NCBI RefSeq assembly: GCF_001194135.2
Contig: NC_068981.1
Location: forward strand, 80,032,504-80,091,241
Direction of reading: 5' to 3'
Length of the DNA stretch: 58,738 nucleotides
Origin: Octopus bimaculoides
Lineage: Eukaryota
In this document: positions 1 through 12,064 of the stretch, in pieces
Numbering within the stretch: the first letter of the stretch is position 1
Layout of the letters: each line of letters starts with the position of its first letter
The notes under the pieces: model-generated
Seen by the model: only the letters and a program-made list of their open reading frames with translations
The model's database searches: none
Told to the model about the DNA's origin: nothing
Program-made: the position numbers and the translations under genes

Positions 1-27
1 CTGTTTATGTGAATGTTATATAGACAA

Positions 28-325
28 GTGATTGAGACCTTCAACAATATGCCATGCTTGAGTAGAAGACCCATCAAGCCAAGCGAAATTATAGTCATGG
101 TGGATACTGGTGTCACACAATAGACACCCTTGCTGGTGGCACATAAAAGCACCCATCACACTCCCAGAGTGGTTGATGTTAGGAAGGGCATCCAGCTGTA
201 GAAACTCTGCCAAATTTAGATTGGAGCCTGGTGTTGCCATCCGGTTTCACCAATTCTCAGTCAAATCGTCCAACCCATGCTAGCATGGAAAGCGGACGTT
301 AAACGATGATGATGATGATGATGAT
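28..325 (+). mobile_element. RTE-clade LINE 3' end (ORF2 terminus + 3' UTR + (GAT)n tail)
   Basis: GAGACCTT...GAAGACCCATCAAGCCAAG matches the ORF2 end of the longer copies at 39.5 and 44.8 kb; shared 3' UTR GGAAGGGCATCCAGCTGTAGAAAC...GCGGACGTTAAACGATGATGAT. Confidence 0.85.
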
Positions 326-554
326 ATATATATATATACATACATATATATATATATATGTTTATATATATATAGTGGATTGAATCCACTTCATGCATGC
401 AAGATCCACTACATCTATATACATACACACACACACATACAAACTGTTTCATTCTTTAAATTGTTTTATTTCTGTGAATCTATTATGTATTACTACTGTG
501 ATGTCTGTAGGACAGATATTAATATGTGTTTAAAGTTATTAGGGTAAGCTTCAT

Positions 555-1060
555 ATATTGTTACCTTCATTGTTATTTAATGTCTGTCTTCCATGCTGGC
601 ATGGATTGATCAGTTTGACAGGATCTGACAGGTTGGAGGATTGTCATACTCCAATGTCTGCTTTGGTATGTTTTCTATAGTTAGATACCCTGTCAAACAT
701 TGACCTCTTTACAGAATGTACTGGGTGCTTTTTTTTATAGCACCAGCAGTAGTTAGGTTACCATGCTACAAGACAAAGATCCTCTTTGACTAAGAAGGAG
801 ACAGTTCTATGCTAGGTGATGAGAGGTTAAACTATGAAAGAAGAGGCAAGAACAGGTTTCTTGCTGTGGTGAAAATACATGACTATTCACATTATGTAAG
901 GGTGGATCGGAGTAGAGTGGAGCTCGAGAGAGAAATAAAGATGGTAGTAACGAGGTGCCAGGATGGATTCTGAGGATTGTAGAACAGGAAGGATGAATGA
1001 GTAGAGGTTAAAAGAATTTATGAGGAGACTATGGGATGATTAGAGATTGGGTAGAGTTAA
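555..1060 (-). mobile_element. Old, diverged RTE-related 3' end remnant
   Basis: TTCCATGCTGGCATGG...TTTCTA.AG.T.GAT.CCC similarity to the RTE 3' UTR in reverse orientation; a similar remnant lies at about 1550-1940. Confidence 0.5.
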
Positions 1061-2169
1061 AATAAATTTGAATTGCAAGCACAAAACCCATAATATCCTC
1101 GGTTAACTAATTTTCAAAGTTTATTATCTCACAAGTCTGTGAAGATTGTCAACCACTTTTAATATACCCCAAAGAAATAAAACTACTGTAGACTAGCCCT
1201 GATTTACCCTATTCTGAATCATAATGTTTGATTCATATATGAACAGACTATGTTATGAAACAAGTAGAAAATGTACTGTCACATACATTTCCATTCTCAC
1301 AACCAACCACTGTTAAATGTGCAATGTGGTCACAGACTTGTTTTGAAGCATTACATATCCAGTATGTTTAGCTTATGGGATATCATCAAGTGTTTGGTTA
1401 ACCACCTTCAAACCATAAATATGCTCAAACAAGGATAAAGTGAGTTACTCCAAAAGCTTTATGTAGCAGTTACCTGATATTTTGTATTCCAGTTGTGATA
1501 AAAACCTGGATTTCATTACATTTCCATGCTCAACTATATCGCCATTATGTGTCCACTTGAAATGTGTTGGTCAGTTTGACAGGATTCAACAGTCAGATGA
1601 CCACATCTTCCAATGCCTCAATATTGGCAGGATTTCTACGGTTGGACATCCTTCCTAACACTAGCCACATTTTCATAGCACCAGCACTATATTGCCAGGT
1701 TTTTGACAGCTGGATACTCTTCCTAACAGTAACCACTTTGCAGACAGTACAGAGTGCGTTTTTCATGGCACTGGCACGATAGAGGTTGTCTTGCCATCAG
1801 CAAGACTAATGAGTCCTCTCAAGCCCTGCATTATTGCTGTTCAGATCAATTATCAAACATTTAGAGTGTACTGGATGCTTTTGTGGCACCATCACTGTTG
1901 CTGTTACCTTGTAGCTTGTAAAACGAAATAGAGCACCCCGTGATAGAAATGAGTAGGCTTATTGTGAGAAATTGGTAATAGAACAAATAATAAAATGAAT
2001 AGAAATAGGATGGGAGTAGAGAACACACAGGAAGGGGAAGGAAGAACAATGCTGGGGATTGGAGAGTGTGGTAATGATACATATATACATAAGTTTTTAT
2101 CAGAACTGATGTAATCATACTTGAGAAGTTATCATAACTGAATCTCATTAGTTTGCAACCCATTACAGG

Positions 2170-2580
2170 ACTGTTTTATTTTGAATAATGTATTAAGCAT
2201 CTCCTGAATAGAAAGAACTACTTGGTGGTGTAAGCCTACAGCAGAGGCTCCTGCATTATGTTAGTGGTGGTAGCGGCAGCATACACCTAAGTAAATCTTT
2301 CCTTGCAGTGGGGTTGTTGATTTAAACAGGTCTCTTAAAAGAATGGAATCCACTCTATGGGTATTGGTTTAGTGTTTTTTGCTATCAAGAACACATCCTA
2401 CTATACAGGAACAATGCTTCTGCTTCAAACTTATTCTAAAACCTTTTAAAACTGCCTTATTTACTTCCTGACATGTTCCTATGTTTATCCTCATATGTTG
2501 CAAATCTGTTTTTAAAAAACTGGAACTCCAGACTAGTAACAACTTGGTTAAGTTGTTCATGTTAGCTGCTCTAAAAATTT
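2170..2580 (-). mobile_element. Highly degenerate LINE RT fragment (CR1/L2/Jockey-like)
   Basis: Minus frame reads KGFR...VLDSKKH*...VDSILLRDL...LQGKIY, resembling the GFR...LD..K...VDH.ILL.KL..GI.GK region of LINE RT. Confidence 0.45.
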
Positions 2581-2803
2581 GATTTTTCTTTTTTTTTCTT
2601 TTTTTTTTTTTGTCTTTTGTTGAGAAAATAATTGTCAATGATTTGACTTTTAAACAAATAAATCTATTCATTGCATTTTATTCTTTTTATGGTTTTGAAA
2701 GGAAATGAGGTGAAGTGTTAAGTGTGTTGATGAAAAAGCTCTTTTCAGTTCAAGAAATCGGGCAATATATTATAATATACATTTGTTAAACTGGTGCAAT
2801 ATT

Positions 2804-2904
2804 NNNNNNNNNNNNNNNNNNNNNNNNNNNNNNNNNNNNNNNNNNNNNNNNNNNNNNNNNNNNNNNNNNNNNNNNNNNNNNNNNNNNNNNNNNNNNNNNN
2901 NNNN
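2804..2904. other. Assembly gap (101 N)
   Basis: N-run; abuts the (ATC)n tail of an RTE copy. Confidence 1.
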
Positions 2905-3225
2905 ATCATCATCATCATCATCGTCGTTTAACGTCCGCTTTCCATGCTAGCATGGGTTGGACGATTTGACTGAGGACTGGTGAAACCGGATGGCAACACC
3001 AGGCTCCAGTCTGATTTGGCAGAGTTTCTACAGCTGGATGCCCTTCCTAACGCCAACCACTCAGAGAGTGTAGTGGGTGCTTTTACGTGTCACCCACACG
3101 AAAACGGCCACGCTCGAAATGGTGTCTTTTATGTGCCACCCGCACAAGCCAGTCCAGGGGCACTGGCAATGATCTCGCTCGAAAATCCTACGGGAGCCAG
3201 TCAGGCGGTACTGGCAACGGCCATA
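2905..3225 (-). mobile_element. Young RTE LINE 3' end with (GAT)n tail
   Basis: Reverse complement of the RTE 3' UTR; CpGs retained. Confidence 0.85.
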
Positions 3226-3739
3226 TATATATAAGAGAAAAATATATGTTTGCTTTCTGTTGAAATGTTGGCATATCTTCATAATGACATGTTGCTCCAA
3301 AATTACATAATATAAATAGATGTGTGTGTATAAATATATATCATATATATATTTATTTATATATATATATATATTTTATACAGTGGCATCATGTAATTTA
3401 ATGGCAACAATATTGTGATAAGCATTGTTTCATTGTTTTCTGTTCTTATAAATAGAATGAGAATTTTTTCTTTTATTCTTTTAAATTATGTATTTTGAAA
3501 CATTAAAATTTTAAATTAGCCTAATGCAATTATTGACAATATCAATAATGCTATGAAAATTACTATTAGTTGATTTAAAAAGACTTAAACTGTACAATAT
3601 TTTTTTAAAAAAGTATGTAATGCGTGTATTAAAGATTAGGAAGAATAAAATCATATGGTACAAATAGTTGACCTGGTACCTAAAATTTCTTGAAACAGAA
3701 TCATAGCTTTGAAGCATTGAATCTAAATATGGTGATCAC

Positions 3740-3915
3740 ATTATCTTCTGTTACTTGTTTCAATCACTGGACTACAACCATGCTGGGACACCACCTTGAA
3801 GGGTGTCAACCACAGTACTCAATTTTATTGGACTCTTTTGCTTAACCACTAAGTGACAGGAATGTAAAAAATTAAAAACACCCAGTTGTGAAGCAGTGAT
3901 GGGGAGACACACACT
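3740..3915 (-). mobile_element. tRNA-derived SINE family A, 3' half
   Basis: TTACTTGTTTCA.TCA.TGGACT...CCATGCTGG..CACCACCTT matches the reverse complement of the 3' end of the full copy at 33.8-34.4 kb. Other partial family A copies: ~5405-5635(-), 8385-8546(-), 15440-15720(+), 17940-18060(-), 23405-23610(-), 29195-29290(+), 33050-33180(+), 34808-35000(+), 38330-38530(+), 41420-41560(-). Confidence 0.75.
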
Positions 3916-3916
3916 C

Positions 3917-3951
<35 letters not shown>

Positions 3952-3972
3952 ATATATATATATGTATATATA

Positions 3973-5398
3973 TAGGATACAATGGGTAAATTGTTGCCAT
4001 TATATATTTTTTATTTTGCTCATGCGCATTGTTTGTTTTTTACTTTGTTGACTCCTGGAGAAGGTAGTGCTGCCCTGGGTGAAGAGGGTGACTGCTGGAG
4101 GACCCTATATCTGGCAACAGGACCCTGTGACCAAATCACCTTAACATCTGGCCACCTAACTCCCCAGACTGCAACCCACTTGATTATTATGTGTGGAGCA
4201 CAGTTGAATGAGTGACCTACAAAACTCCTTATAACACCAAAGATGAACTAAAAGCACCATCTGTGAGAAAAACAGCATTATGGCACAATTCATTCTGCCA
4301 GAAATTTAGAAATGACATGCTGTACTTCTTGGTATTTGCACTGGAAGCTCCAATACGAACATTTCAGAGTGTTTGGGTGTCAATCTGAGGACAGTGCAGA
4401 GGATTCAGAAAGAGTTGCATGAGTCTAATGGTGATTACGATGGCATGGTAGCTTGGAAAACTCACTGTGGTCTTTCTGATTAGAAAAGAACTAAATTTGT
4501 TGGTGAGATCCAGGTCATGGTTGACAATGATCCCTTCAAGTCAATCAGGTCCATCGCCAGGGACATGAGAGTGTCTGAGTTTCTTATCAAGCAGGTAGGG
4601 CATGAAGACATTCAGTATTCCTCATACAAGATGAGAAAGGGCCAATTTTTATCCCAAGCCATCAACGACAAAAGGAAAGACCATGCTGTGAAGCATTTGA
4701 ACAAACTCAAGCATCCCCTCCAACCGAATATGTTTTGGTTTTTCTCAGACAAGAAGACTTTCTGCCAGGATCAGATAGTGAACACACAGAACAACTGTTG
4801 GCTTGCCATGTCCTGAAAACGTGTACTGAGAGTGATAAAAATCAAATATCCAGTCAACATCATGGTGTTTGGAGTGATCACTAGTGATGGTAATGCTATG
4901 CCTCCATTCATCTTCCAGCATGGCCTCAGACTCAACATGGAGGCCTACATCAAGTGCCTGGAGGAGGTAGTGCTGCCCTGGGTGAAGAGGGTGGCTGCTG
5001 GAAGACCCTATATCTGGCAATAGGACTCTGCGACCAAATCACCCCTAACATCTGGCCACCTAACTCTCCAGACTGCAACCCCCTTGGTTATTATGTGTGG
5101 AGCACAGTTGAGTGAGAGACCAACAAAACTCCTTGTAACACCAAAGATAAACTGAAAGCAAGGATTATGGTAACATTCACCAACTTAAACAAGGAGACCA
5201 TCCAGAAGAGTTGCAGGAGATTCTGAAGTTATCTAGAGGCCATGGTTGAAGCCAATGGCAATTTTATTGAATAAATTTACTCTTTAGAATTTCAAGATAT
5301 TTTTTATGTAATTTTGGTAAATATGTCCGTTAAAATGAGATGTCAGTGTTATTTTCATTTTTGCGTAATTTAGACAACAATTTATTCACAGCATCCTG
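3973..5398 (+). mobile_element. Tc1/mariner DD37D (maT)-family element, defective, with internal duplication
   Basis: ~26 bp imperfect TIRs (TAGGATACAATGGGTAAATTGTTGCC / reverse complement CAGGATGCTGTGAATAAATTGTTGTC); ORF pieces WFFSDKKTF..QNN.W, MVFGVITSDG..MPP, RPYIWQ*DS; stops and a deletion in the catalytic region. Confidence 0.85.
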
Positions 5399-5641
5399 CA
5401 TTTATATTCTTTTATTCTTTTACTTGTTTCAGTTATCTGACTGTGGCCTTGCTGCAGCACCACCTTAAAGGGTTTTAGTTGAAGAAATCAACGTCAGGAC
5501 TTATTCTTTGTAAGCCCAGTACTTATTCAATCGGTGTCTTTTGCCAAACCACTAACTTATGGGTACATAAACACCAGCATTGGTTGTCAAGCGATGGCAG
5601 GGGGTCAAACACAGATACACAAATATATACACATATATATA

Positions 5642-5960
5642 TTGTGATGAGAGCCATGACACCCCCTTGCAAGAAATTGACTGGACCAAGTGATTATAAA
5701 TAGTAGCAGGCAGAGTGAAGTTTGTGTGTTAGTTTGCCCTGAATTTGCACCAAAGTCATAAGAGTTGGTGTGTTAGTTCTGTGTTGAACTTGTATCAAAC
5801 CTGGTGTATTAGTGTGAACTGAACTTGCACCAAACCCGGTGTGTTAGTGTGAACTGAATTTGCATTGAACCCGTAAGTGGCCGTAATGGTGGCTGTTCAA
5901 ATTACTCTGTGTTGGTCCCATCGCTAGAATGTGGTAGGTGTTTGATTCCCCTGCTAACAA
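5642..5960 (+). mobile_element. LTR-like repeat, copy 1 (with internal 35 bp tandem units)
   Basis: First ~90 bp about 80% identical to 8027-8118, including TGTGATGAGAG and TATAAATA; right end uncertain. Confidence 0.5.
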
Positions 5961-6255
5961 TATATCAGATGCAGCTAGTGGAGATGTCTTCTTAAGGTTA
6001 AAAAATCACAGTAAAGTTTGTTCGAATGAAAAATAAGAGTGCAACGAAAATAAGGATGCTGTGTGCAATGGACAATAATACCTAAAAACCGGGCAACAAG
6101 GATTTGGAAGCTCATGTAGGTTATTTAATAATTTGTTTGTGATACAACTTGTTAAATGATGGAAGGCCTATTAGCATCTATAATACAGTTGCAAAAGCAA
6201 CAACAACAGGAGTTGCAGAAGCAACAGTGACAACTACAACAACAATTATTGGAGC

Positions 6256-7335
6256 TACAAGTAGAAGGACCCGGTTTCACCCGGGTTATAAACTCATATA
6301 GCCTTAACACAGATAGATAGACAGGTAGATAGATGTAGCTGCATAACTACAGATGTGTACCCCAACCAAATTTATTGCCTCATAACTTCCAGAAAAATGC
6401 ATACTTTTTAACAAAATTTTCAACCAATACCGCTTAGATGCTGTGGATGCAGAGTGTGTAAGGATTTATGGGAAATAATTTTTCCGAGGGGATGGGTAGA
6501 AAAGTTTCTGAAAATTTACATGATCTGACTTTTTTCCCTCATGTAAATGGATATCTTTTAATGAAATTTTACACAAATACTTTTCAAATGACATAGATTG
6601 CGATTATAAAGAAATTTGTAGGGAAAATTTGTTCTGAGGTGGTCGGGAGAGGAGTTTCAAAAAAACAGAGTTTTGGATCAAGGAAACCAAATAAGTTGCA
6701 GCCACTCTGTTTTGACAGGGATTTTTCCCATTTCTTTTTAATCACGGCCTTCAAAATGATGGGGAGGAGCATCTTTTTATGAAAAAAAAAAGTTTTGAAA
6801 ATTTATTTTGTTGAACTCCGTCATCACATCATCCCACTCCAGACTGATTTTGGCCATTTTTTTTACACCTCAAAAAATATTTTTTAAATTCCTAATATTT
6901 TCAGAATTAAAAGCAAATGATTTAAGGGAGATTTGTGTGTCGTTTCTAGTACATCCTAAGACAACCCTCCTCGTTTCTTTCTCACTGTTGAATGTATTGA
7001 AGATTTTCAATATTTTTCTCCCGATACATACATTTATATGCTATAAAAGAAAATGTGAAAACTAATGATTATTTTGTAACCTCACTCCCTGTCCCCGATT
7101 GTTTCTGTTTATAATTTAAAACATTGGAGAGCCTGAGAAGGTCATTGCTGGCATTTATCCACAGGGATTTAAAAGAAGAGGTATGTAAATGATAATACAT
7201 TTTAATAGCATACTTTTCTGTTAAAAAAAAATGGCTTCACGATTGCAGTGGAGGTAAAAATTTAGATTACAATTTTTTTTTGTTGCTTATATCCCACCAA
7301 TGGACCACGGCATCATCATTCAATAAAATGTGTTT
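6256..7335. mobile_element. Putative non-autonomous Helitron/Helentron-like element
   Basis: Starts TACAAG, followed by a perfect hairpin ACCCGG-TTTCAC-CCGGGT (6269-6286) and a (GATA/GACA)n microsatellite; no coding evidence, right end not defined. Confidence 0.35.
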
Positions 7336-7499
7336 AATGGGGGAAAAATATTGAAAAAAACATCAATACATGGTAATAAGAATGAAAACAGGGTAGTTTG
7401 GTATGTGCTAGAAACAACAGCCAAATCTCCCTTGAATTATAACGCCTTTTTCCTCTGAAAATATTAACTTTTTTTTTTTTACTGAAAAGACTCCACGCA

Positions 7500-7998
7500 A
7501 GTGTAAACAAATCAAAATCGCTGATGTGGCTGAGGACAGTACCGCCTGATTGGCACTCGTGCCAATGGAACATTAAAAGCACATCCAAGCGTGATCGTTG
7601 CCAGGGCCATAGATTGGCTCCCGTGCCGGTGGCACATAAAAAGCACCATTCAGGTGTGATCGTTGCCAGCGTTGCCTTACCGGCACGTGAAAAACAACAT
7701 TCGAATGTGGTCGTTGCTAGTGCTGCTGGACTGGTTCCCGTGCAGGTAGCACATAAGAAGCACCTTTTGAGCGTGGTCGTTGCCAGAACCGCCTGACTGG
7801 CCCTCGTGCTGGTGGCACGTAAAAGCACCCACTACACTCTTGGAGTGGTTGGCGTTAGGAAGGGCATCCAGCTGTAGAAACTTCACCAGATCAGATTGGA
7901 GCCTGATGCAGCCTTCTGGCTCGCCATTCCTCAGTCAGACTGTCCAACCCATGCCAGCATGGAAAGCGGACGTTAAACGACAATGATGATGATGATGA
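7500..7998 (+). mobile_element. Young RTE LINE 3' UTR with array of ~50-66 bp units and (GAT)n tail
   Basis: About five GGCAC.TAAAA.GCACC...CGTTGCCAG units followed by the conserved RTE 3' end. Confidence 0.85.
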
Positions 7999-8023
7999 AA
8001 GTCGAAATCTCAAAAAGGGGAGG

Positions 8024-8237
8024 TGTTGTGATGAGAGTCACAATATCCCCTTACAAGAAATAGACTGGACCAGGCGATTATAAATAGTAGCAGTTGGAGT
8101 GAAGTTTTTGTGTTAGTTCAAGTTGAGTTGGCAGTAAAGTTGGAAGGTGTTGGCTGGTTAGTTCATTTAGAATATTGATTGTTGGATCGTTACGTTGTTA
8201 TTATGGCTGCATCGTTATCTTGTTTATTGTTACAACA
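8024..8237 (+). mobile_element. LTR (214 bp) preceded by a polypurine tract
   Basis: TGTTGT...ACAACA terminal inverted hexamer; TATAAATA at ~8079; AAAAAGGGGAGG immediately 5'; related to 5642-5960. Confidence 0.65.
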
Positions 8238-8667
8238 CTGGTACAGTGTATCTAAACCATCCATCACAATATCATGTATATATAGGCACAGGAGTGGCTG
8301 TGTGGTAAGTAGGGTTTCCTTACAATAGCCGGGTCTAAGTACCTGGTGATACTTGAGGGACGCTCCCTCCACCACCACCACCATATATGATGGGCTTTTT
8401 TAAGTTTCCATCTACCAAATCTACTTACATGAGTTTACTTGGCCTGGAACTATAGAAGAGACTTACCTGATGTGCCACATCAGGACTGAATCCAAAACCA
8501 TGTGGTTGGGAAGCAAACTTCTTAACCATTCAGCCACACCTGTGCTTATATACAAATAGTTGAATTGTTAAGAAATTTGATTTGCAATCATAAAACCTTA
8601 CTTTTGATTCCACTGTGTGGTATCCTAGGTAAGTGTCTTGAACCATATATATATATATATATATATA

Positions 8668-9486
8668 TTAACATCATCTCCTTGAAAATAAGTCACCTTG
8701 CCCTGCAATACGCCAGTCTCAGCAGTCCTGCCACTTTTGAAATCCGGCCTGGAAGTGGTTTTGCATAAGCTGGTCCAGGTCCTTCTGCAGTTTGTTCTAG
8801 ATCTCAACAATGGTGTTAAAACAGCGACCTTTGAGCTGCATTTTCATCTTGGGGAAGAGATGGAAGTCTGCAGGTGCTAAATCTGGTGAATAGGGTGTGG
8901 ATTCAGAAGTGATATCATGTTTTTGGCAAGAAACTCATCAGTGAGGAGACTTCAGTGAAGATTTCAATTCTTCGCACTCTACAGATCCAGTTACTTTCGC
9001 TGAATGTCCTCCCTCAAATGTTTCAAAACATCACAGTAGAACTCTTGATTGGCGGTCTGGCCCTGGATGATGAATTCTCAATGCACAATACCACATTTCC
9101 GGTGGGTGGGGGGACGCTTATGGCAGGTCTTCCAGATCGCTCATCATCTTCCAGGGATGTTCTTCTGCTTTTGAAGTGCCCATACCACTCAAAACATTAC
9201 GTATGTCTTCTTGCCTCATCGCCATAAGCTTGCTGAAGCATTCTCATTCTCTGTAACAGACTTTCCAAGTTTAATGCAAAATTTCACATTGGCTCTCTAT
9301 TCCTGTCCATGATAAAAATTGCAGACTACAGCATACACATGATCACAACTTGTGAAGTAAACAGTGATGTCACTTGGTACACTGTCTCATGAAGGTCACT
9401 GCTAGCTCTCACTGCACTTGCAATCAAGTACTGCCATCTGTTGGCATGTTACAAAGCTAGTCTAGAAACCTTTTGATATCACCTCA
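8668..9486 (-). mobile_element. mariner element, internally deleted and truncated
   Basis: Minus strand encodes YSPDLAPADFHLFPKMKMQLKGR; right end TIR-like TGAGGTGATATCAAAAGGTTT followed by TA. Confidence 0.8.
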
Positions 9487-9494
9487 TATATATG

Positions 9495-9725
9495 TATGTC
9501 TGTGTCTCCTTGTCTTGACATCACATTATTGATGTAAATGGATATCATTCATTTCCAATATCCTAAAAGAACATGTTTGGCCCTGGAGAAATATTACCTT
9601 GCTTAGAGGCAGGTGAGGATTGGTGACAAGAAGGGCATCTGGCCATAGAATATTTGTCTCAATAAACTCCTATCCAACCCATGCAAGCATGGAAAAGTGG
9701 ACATTAAAATGATGGTGATGATAGT
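9495..9725 (+). mobile_element. Short interspersed repeat (family D) with RTE-like 3' end
   Basis: GGAGAAATATTACCTTGCTT..A.ACAGGTGAGG.TTGG.GACA.GAAGGGC.TCTGGCC.TAGA...CCATGCAAGCATGG recurs at ~13960-14100(+), 15745-15870(+), 17695-17935(-), 29330-29580(+). Confidence 0.6.
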
Positions 9726-11289
9726 GATACAAGTGTAGGGTGTATAGAGAGAGAGGTGAGTGGCATACGGGATAGACTGTCTCATCTAAACTTACACAAT
9801 TGTATTTTTAATGTTTTAAATTTAACATTTAACAGAGTTGCTCATTACCTTTTATTTTTATTTGTGTTATTGTAATTATGTACAATACTACTGTGTAAGT
9901 AGTCACATTAAACTGTCACCACTTTCTCACTCTAATTACTCTACATTCTGTTTGATGTTGGAGAAAAAAAATACAAGCATGACACTAAAGCTGCTTATAG
10001 TCTTATTTCAGTGTGAGCAACTCTCTTGTCATTGTTATGAAGAGATTATCAGCTTTGCAAGTTGAATGAATTGTAATAATCCTTTGCTTTACTGTCAGTG
10101 ATAAATATAAAACACAAAAACTAAAGCTGTGTAATTGCCAATCACAGTTTATGATTTTACTAATTTTTAATATGAAATAAATAGATAGTCACAATTTGAT
10201 ATTTTCCTAATTTGTTTAGAAAAAAAGATGTAACTGTAAAATTCATAAAAGATAAAAATTGAATTCTAATCAACTACATCCTGAAAGGCCCCCACTCAAA
10301 GCTGTTAAATTTGCTTAAATTTACTTCATAAAGTGGAACTGTGTTGGTGACCAGATCATAGTTGTGCTATGGAAATGTTGGCACTTCAGGAAATAAATTT
10401 AAAGTGAATTTAACAGTTTTTATGTTATTAAATGGTTCTTCCATAATGTAGTTACTTCAGTTTCTACACACATCTTAGATTAAGTCACTTGCCAGATTAG
10501 TACAACTCCAAAAGATACAATATTCACAACTTTTACATGTCTTAATACTAAAACATTTATTTTTAGTAGAACCTTTAGTAAAAACTTGACTGCATTTTCA
10601 TTATTGCACGGCACATTCTAATTTTTTACGTTATTTGAGTCAAGTGGCAGGAAAGACATACATAAAAGCAAATTGCTCTTACAATATGCAAATATTTATA
10701 TTTACAAAAAAAATTTCAGCTATGGAAAAACTATCTATGAGCATCTTTATTCATTTAGATAATAGGTTTGTTCAGCCCTTCCTCTTAGAAGTGCATATTC
10801 TCATGACCCTTTTAGTTGACTGAATCACAATTGGATTTGGATTTGGCATTATTAAAGTAGTCTCTTTTCAGTGTCACTTCCACCTCAGCTGACTTCTCTG
10901 ATAGGGTGAACTGAGGCATGACATGATAAATCTTGGATTAACTAATTTATTTATTCATTTATTAAGACATCATTTCCCCATACATTTATACTTATTCAGC
11001 ATTTTCTATCAGATTATTTTTGTAGTATAATCTTAAAATGATTTTTAGGTGATTATATTGGTTTTCATCTGGTGAGGGTCTTTCTGCTAGTGTTTTAATG
11101 GGGTGTGAGTAGCTGAGCAGGTACTTGTATTTCACTCTGTAGGTTTTGTAATTGATCACTATTGACATATTCTATGCCCTTGTATTATTCAAAGAGTATC
11201 AGAAATCAGCTGACATGCATTACATTATCAGTATCATAACTTGTTCTCCCTAGTGTGTTCAGTGAGTTTGATTAATCTGTCTGGCAGCT

Positions 11290-11670
11290 ACAATTAATTA
11301 AAAAGCACCATCCTAACGTGTTCGTTGCCAGGCCCACCTTACTGGATCCGGTGCTGGTGGCACATAAAAAGCACCAACCGATCATGACCAATGCTAGTCC
11401 CCACTGACTGGTTCCTGTGCCAGTGGCACGTAAAAAGCACCATCTAAACGTGATTGTTGCCAGGCCCGCCTTACTGGCTCCTGTACCGGTGGCATGTAAA
11501 ATGCACCCACTACACTCTCGGAGTGGTTGGCGTTAGGAAGGGCATCCAGCTGTAGAAACTCTGCCAGACCAGATTGGAGCCTGGTGCAGCCGCTGGCTCT
11601 CCAAATCTCAGTCAAACTGTCCAACCCATGCCAGCAAGGAAAACGGACGTTAATCGATGATGATTATGAA
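11290..11670 (+). mobile_element. RTE LINE 3' UTR copy
   Basis: Three array units plus conserved 3' end and GATGAT tail. Confidence 0.85.
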
Positions 11671-11999
11671 AATAAAAATCAGGCTCATTGAGTTGTCATT
11701 TCCTGCAGATATTGATAAGATGTAAAGAATTCTTAAATGTGTTGTAACAAGAATGTTTTCAAGTTGGGAGTTATTGATGGAAATGGTGGGATGTGATGCA
11801 GTTCATCTCTGCAGAATTTGTAGATAACCTTCATGCTTTAATGCCGTTATTGAAAACTAGATTGTTGAATCCCTACCAAAAGATATAACATAAATATCCT
11901 AGTAGAAGGCTACTGATATTACCAGAGGACAGATGCTTCATGTAAAGGGACAGGAAGGACAATTGTTTTTGCCATTTGATGCTCATCATCTACTTCAGT

Positions 12000-12000
<1 letters not shown>

Positions 12001-12040
<40 letters not shown>
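12001..12040. repeat. T40 homopolymer
   Basis: Direct count. Confidence 0.95.
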
Positions 12041-12043
<3 letters not shown>

Positions 12044-12064
12044 GCTAGAGCATACAACAATGGG

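Noticed and set aside
2212-2325. Plus-strand terminal exon KELLGGVSLQ...AVGLLI*
   Set aside because: Weak acceptor, and the opposite strand reads as degenerate LINE RT.
7500-7830. CRISPR-like repeat/spacer appearance
   Set aside because: Units are diverged tandem copies within an RTE 3' UTR, the spacers are homologous to each other, there are no cas genes, and the context is eukaryotic.
10813-10940. Minus-strand terminal exon ...YHVMPQFTLSEKSAEVEVTLKRDYF...*
   Set aside because: Protein-like, but has no polypyrimidine acceptor and no recognised homology; cannot be supported without transcripts.
12001-12040. T40 as the poly(A) tail of a processed retrocopy
   Set aside because: No poly(A) signal, coding remnant or TSD on the minus strand; it abuts a plus-strand SINE head.
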